DNA from: the human T2T-CHM13v2.0 reference genome, Homo sapiens
Direction: 5' to 3' (one strand)
Length of the DNA stretch: 64,000 nt
Assembly (NCBI RefSeq): GCF_009914755.1
Contig: NC_060926.1
The position numbers were made by a program, and so were the translations under genes. This document shows positions 61,482-64,000 of the stretch, piece after piece (position 1 is the stretch's first letter; every line of letters begins with the position of its first letter). A model generated the notes under the pieces. It worked only from the letters and a program-made list of their open reading frames with translations, was not told the origin of the DNA and did no database searches.

Positions 61482-61560
61482 CACTGCTTCATGATGCCCC
61501 AGTCCCTGGGCGTCATCGGAGGGAAGCCCAACAGCGCCCACTACTTCATCGGCTACGTTG
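61482..61560 (+). CDS. ATG4B: ATG4B exon 9 (HCFMMPQSLGVIGGKPNSAHYFIGYV)
   Basis: ccacag| acceptor, TTG|GTGAGT donor, 79 nt. GGKPNSAHYF regulatory-loop motif. Confidence 0.96.
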
Positions 61561-61878
61561 GTGAGTCCAGGGTTCCCACCGTGTCCCTGTGGGCCTGGGC
61601 CTTTTAAGGGCATTCCATGAGCAGGTACCACACCCCAGGTGACCACTTGAGGCCACTGGTGGAAAAGCAGCATGCCCTGGGGTTCATTTTCAGCCTGGTC
61701 GCGGGCGGCCTCCTGTGTGCCCCTTTCCCTGATGGTCTGGTGCCCTCGGCTCCCTCCCCACCTCCTGCCCACTGCTTCTCAGTGTGATGTGGGTGCAGTG
61801 GGTCTGAAATGCGGCCTCCTCTGTCCCTTTCCTCTGCCGGCTCGGCCACCCACCTGCCCACCTGCCTCATCCTCCCAG

Positions 61879-62024
61879 GTGAGGAGCTCATCTACCTGGA
61901 CCCCCACACCACGCAGCCAGCCGTGGAGCCCACTGATGGCTGCTTCATCCCGGACGAGAGCTTCCACTGCCAGCACCCGCCGTGCCGCATGAGCATCGCG
62001 GAGCTTGACCCGTCCATCGCTGTG
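61879..62024 (+). CDS. ATG4B: ATG4B exon 10 (GEELIYLDPHTTQ...ELDPSIAV), catalytic Asp278/His280
   Basis: cccag| acceptor, GTG|GTACGT donor, 146 nt. YLDPH motif (D at 61899-61901, H at 61905-61907). Cumulative CDS 957 nt = 319 codons; the gene continues past the window. Confidence 0.96.
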
Positions 62025-62807
62025 GTACGTGGCGGCCACCTGAGCACACAGGCATTTGGTGCTGAATGCTGTTTGGGAATGACGAGGAAAACTTTCGGAT
62101 TTTTGCGTTTTTTTTTTCAGCATGTTGGGATAAGTACTGTGTTCACGTGGTTGGGAATCTGAAGGGTATAAGAGCCGGAACTGTGTCCTTGCACCCTCAC
62201 GTCCCTCCCCCAGGCACCACCTCCTGTGCAGCCTTCATGGCCTTCGAGTGGCCCAGAGAGCGTGTGTCTGGATGTGAGCGTGTGTGGGCGCGTGCTGAGT
62301 GTGCATGGATGAGTGTGAGCCATGGTGAGTGTGTCCCCCTCACACCTACATTTAAACACATGGGCGGCCCCTCCACCCACCCCTGCACCACCTTCGTCAC
62401 ACCCACATTTAAACACGGGCGGCCCCTCCACCCACCCACTCCTGCACCACCTTTTGTTTTCCGGAGGCTCTGACTTGACCTCTCTGGGGGATTTCCTAAG
62501 AAGGAGCTTCCCTGTTTTTCCATTTTGATTACCTAGTTGTGATTTTTGGTGTGTGATTTATGCAGACCTGCCTGCCCTCAAATATATTTGATGGGGAAAG
62601 AGGCCAAAAAACCCCCCTAGAAATCATGAATGACGGTGACATGCTCAGGGAAGCAGTTAACCGAATCGGGGGCTCTGTTGTGGATGCTCCGCCCCATTTA
62701 GGAGGAAGAAGGCAGATCTGGGCCTGAAATGGGACGGTCTCTGAGCTGTGGCGCAGCCCCAGAGTGCACACCACGCTCCATGCACCTCCTGGGCAGGGTG
62801 GCAGTAG

Positions 62808-63142
<335 letters not shown>

Positions 63143-64000
63143 GGCGCACACTTCTTACCAGAACCTAGTCACGAATTCCTCGTCTAACTAGAATTAGGTA
63201 TGTTTGTTACTGTAAACGCAGCTTGGTGGCTTACAGTGATTGACACTCTAACAGTCAGGTCAGGCTAGAGAGCCAGCCACCGCAGACAGAGGAGTGGACG
63301 CGTGAACGTTGAGTTGAGACCAAAGGGGCCACCTGGTGGGATAACTGTCCTCACCCGTGAGGAGGAGGAATGTCCCCTGTCCCCGGGGGAGAGTGCTCCT
63401 ACACCAGCGCCGAGGCGGCAGAATGGTGTCTTCAGGGGAAGAGAGTGCCCAGTTTGAGCTTCTCCCCCCATTTCGTTTCTTTTTGTGTTAACATCTGCGC
63501 ATCTGGCAGCGTTGAGAATTCCTAGTGACTGTCATTACAGGCGGCAGCTTTAAGGATGTGATTGCCGGTGACCCTTGGCCGGTCCCCTGTCTCCTGGCTC
63601 CTCAGCAGGAGGCTCCCTGTGTCACGGTGTCCTTGGGCAGTTCTCGGTGGCCTTTGCCGCCAAGCTTCCAGGGAGCTGCTGGGCGAAGGCTGAGACCCAG
63701 CGGCCCTGCCTCACAGTCACAGAGAGAAGAGCTCCCCACTTGGCCCTAACTCATAACCTGCCCCAATCCCGGAACACTCGGTGAGGTTTGAGAGATGCAC
63801 ACCACGTAACATCTCGTGGGCGAATCAAGGCACAGCAACGCAGTGGAGCCTGAGGGGAGCCGGGCACTGGTGCAGGGGACCATGCACAGGGCACCCTCGG
63901 AGCTCCGTTCCTGGCCACAGGAGCCAAGGCAGGCTGGAATGTCCAGCACCTGCATGCTGGGGGCCTCTGCTGCGCCACTGGCAGTGGGAATGGAAGCCCC

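Overview
Human (primate) genomic DNA from the THAP4 / ATG4B head-to-head locus, which I recognise as chr2q37.3. Minus strand: THAP4 coding exon 1 (30269-30345) and the 1163-nt exon 2 (26245-27407), followed by a long intron 2 that runs off the left edge. That intron holds a probable alternative first exon (ATG G|GTAAGC at 10743-10746) for a nitrobindin-only isoform, next to a ZNF143/THAP11-type motif, and an intragenic CpG island at about 3.2-4.1 kb. Plus strand: ATG4B coding exons 1-10 (31043-62024; 319 codons including catalytic C74, D278 and H280), with the remaining exons beyond the right edge. The two start codons are 698 bp apart in a CpG island that carries four equally spaced copies of a CCGTACnnC(A/G)ANATGG composite motif. 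The rest is dense in Alu, L1, L2, LTR and DNA transposon remnants, with several VNTRs and local duplications. I see no new protein-coding gene. The best leads are regulatory or splicing-related. Repeat boundaries and subfamily names are by eye and approximate.
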